Positions 62,493 to 64,000 of a stretch of 64,000 nt of DNA are shown here, in pieces. The stretch covers positions 28,026-92,025 of the forward strand of contig DATMOU010000015.1 in NCBI GenBank assembly GCA_035568035.1, given 5' to 3'. The notes below the pieces were generated by a model that saw nothing but the letters and a program-made list of their open reading frames with translations, was not told the origin of the DNA and did no database searches. Position numbers and translations under genes: made by a program. Source of the stretch: Chthoniobacterales bacterium. Lineage in GTDB: Bacteria > Verrucomicrobiota > Verrucomicrobiia > Chthoniobacterales > UBA10450. Position 1 is the first letter of the stretch, and every line of letters starts with the position of its first letter.

Positions 62493-62562
62493 CGTGAATT
62501 CAAAATCGCCCGAGCTGCGCACTCTGACAACCTAACAAATTCAACCTCCGACCGACTCGCCA

Positions 62563-63936
62563 ATGGCTCAGGTCGATGCCATTGTCGACCCGACCATGAA
62601 CAAATTAGCAGACCTGAGCGCGCCGGATTCGCCGAGACCTCCGGTTACGGTCGGCTTTTTCACTGCGTGCGGAATTGTCATCGCGAACATCATCGGCACC
62701 GGCGTTTTCACCAGCCTCGGATTTCAACTCAATGATATTCAATCAGGATTTCCGCTCTTGATGCTTTGGGTTGTTGGCGGAATTGCCGCACTCTGCGGCG
62801 CGCTTTGCTATGGCGAATTGAGCGCCGCGCTTCCGCGATCCGGCGGCGAATATCATTTTCTTTCTGAAATCTACCACCCGGCGGTCGGGTTCATGGCAGG
62901 ATTCGTCTCCGCGACGGTCGGTTTCGCTGCGCCGATCGCGCTCGCTGCAATGGCTTTCGGAAAGTATTTCCACGGCGTCTTCAATTTCGGTTCCCCAGTG
63001 GCGCTCTCCTTCGCACTCGTCTGGATCGTCGCCTTCTTTCATCTGGGAAATATTCGGCTCGGCAGCGTGTTCCAGAACCTCTGGACCGTCATAAAAATGC
63101 TCCTGATCGCGGTGCTGGTCGTCGCCGGAGTGCTCATCGAACCAAAACAGCCGATTACGTTCTTGCCGCAGCCTGGCGATACGATGTCGATTTTTAGTGG
63201 CGCGTTCGCCGTTTCGCTTATTTACGTGATGTATTCCTACTCCGGCTGGAATGCATCCAGCTACATCATCAGCGAAGTAAAACAGCCGGAACGAAATGTT
63301 CCGCGCTCATTACTTGCCGGGACGCTCGTCGTTATCGTGACTTATGTTCTGCTTAACGCAGTTTTTCTCATTACTGCCCCACGGTCGGAACTCCGCAGCC
63401 AAATCGAAATCGGGCTGATTGCCGGCAAACATATTTTTGGTGAGAACGGCGGTCGCGTCGTCGGGTTGCTCATTTGCCTAGGGCTAATTTCGACCATCAG
63501 CTCAATGACGTGGATCGGACCACGCGTAACCATGTCGATGGGTGAAGATCACTGGTTACTGCGTTTTCTGGGCAAAAGAAACCGAGAAGGCCTTCCTTCC
63601 AATGCTATAATTCTTCAACTCGGGTTCGTCACACTGCTTTTGCTCACGCAAAGCTTCGAAGCTGTCCTCCAATACACGCAATTTAGTCTCTTGATCTGCT
63701 CGCTTCTGGCCGTTGTCGGAGTAGTCGTGCTGCGCGCAACTCGTCCGAATATTTCACGCCCGTATCGCGTCTGGTTATATCCAATGCCGCCACTCATCTT
63801 CGCCGCCATCACCGTTTGGATGATGATTTATCTGTTGCGCTCGAAAACGACTGAATCCGTCGCCGGACTGGTAACCGCCGTGGTCGGGTTCCTGCTTTAC
63901 TTTTGTGCCGGCAAACGAATCAGTCCCCGCCAATGA
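62563..63936 (+). CDS. APC family amino acid permease
   Basis: 12-TM layout. The N-terminal ..IIGTGVFTSLG.. and ..GELSAALPRSGGEYHF.. motifs are typical of APC transporters. Confidence 0.88.
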   Translation: MAQVDAIVDPTMNKLADLSAPDSPRPPVTVGFFTACGIVIANIIGTGVFTSLGFQLNDIQSGFPLLMLWVVGGIAALCGALCYGELSAALPRSGGEYHFLSEIYHPAVGFMAGFVSATVGFAAPIALAAMAFGKYFHGVFNFGSPVALSFALVWIVAFFHLGNIRLGSVFQNLWTVIKMLLIAVLVVAGVLIEPKQPITFLPQPGDTMSIFSGAFAVSLIYVMYSYSGWNASSYIISEVKQPERNVPRSLLAGTLVVIVTYVLLNAVFLITAPRSELRSQIEIGLIAGKHIFGENGGRVVGLLICLGLISTISSMTWIGPRVTMSMGEDHWLLRFLGKRNREGLPSNAIILQLGFVTLLLLTQSFEAVLQYTQFSLLICSLLAVVGVVVLRATRPNISRPYRVWLYPMPPLIFAAITVWMMIYLLRSKTTESVAGLVTAVVGFLLYFCAGKRISPRQ

Positions 63937-64000
63937 AAAATTTCCGGCTCGTACGAATCATTCTCGCGACGCTGCCGATCATCGCTCTGTTGTCGAGTAC
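63933..64000 (+). CDS. 5' fragment of a secreted or membrane hypothetical protein (runs off the window)
   Basis: ATG overlaps the permease stop (ATGA). Encodes MKNFRLVRIILATLPIIALLSS.., which is signal-peptide-like. Confidence 0.35.
   Translation, partial: MKNFRLVRIILATLPIIALLSS

Noticed and set aside
1-64000. Searched by eye for CRISPR arrays, rRNA, tmRNA, SRP RNA, riboswitch-like leaders (Mg box before mgtE, guanidine riboswitch before the SMR-like pair), integrases or transposases, toxin-antitoxin pairs, reverse transcriptases and known defence genes.
   Set aside because: None found. The mgtE leader is under 100 nt with no M-box-like structure, and the SMR-like pair has only an 11-nt upstream gap. 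No ORF shows recombinase, RT or nuclease signatures. A computational scan (Rfam, PADLOC or DefenseFinder) would be needed for certainty.

Overview
This 64-kb window looks like chromosomal core rather than an island. It is roughly mid-50s %GC by eye. The protein repertoire suggests a PVC/Verrucomicrobia-like soil bacterium: membrane proteins fused to TPR repeats, an archaeal-type ProRS, PT-rich linkers, and dense short 'word' palindromes in intergenic DNA. That taxonomic call is inference only.

I support about 62 protein genes.
- Beta-oxidation pair: a FadB-like gene followed by a long acyl-CoA dehydrogenase.
- Ion transport and envelope: mgtE, a DUF47-PiT phosphate module, MscS, DsbD plus a periplasmic redoxin, and a matrixin protease.
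- Translation and RNA genes: rpmB, acpP, nth, hflX, miaA, rsmI-rplU-rpmA-adk-fmt-pyrH-frr, proS and rplM-rpsI.
- Central metabolism: putA, and a peroxiredoxin translationally coupled to acnA.

The ORF track cannot show three stable RNA genes. These are RNase P RNA (minus strand, about 50513-50855), tRNA-His(GTG) and tRNA-Arg(TCG).

I found no rRNA, CRISPR array, transposase, integrase, phage gene or recognisable defence gene.

The accessory-like signal is at least four families of small non-autonomous palindromic repeats (MITE/REP-like). Several touch or supply gene ends.

The best novelty candidates, all hypotheses, are:
1. A translationally coupled MscS, CelD/FemAB-like GNAT and paired half-size SMR/ArnEF-like membrane protein module (12.2-15.3 kb).
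2. A polytopic His-motif membrane domain fused to TPRs, whose TAA stop is followed in frame by one more TPR repeat (16.1-18.2 kb).
3. A MITE inserted exactly at an ATGA stop/start junction. It carries a 22-bp duplication that rebuilds the junction and creates a 43-codon relay ORF (2.1-2.26 kb).
4. An Arg-rich RRM protein cassette sitting upstream of miaA-hflX in a locus where no hfq is present (E. coli carries hfq between miaA and hflX). It has a near-consensus promoter, a ~265-nt leader and inverted MITE copies on both sides.
5. A matrixin gene paired with a secreted protein whose sequence pattern resembles a TIMP/NTR fold.

Nothing here can be called a proven new system from sequence alone.
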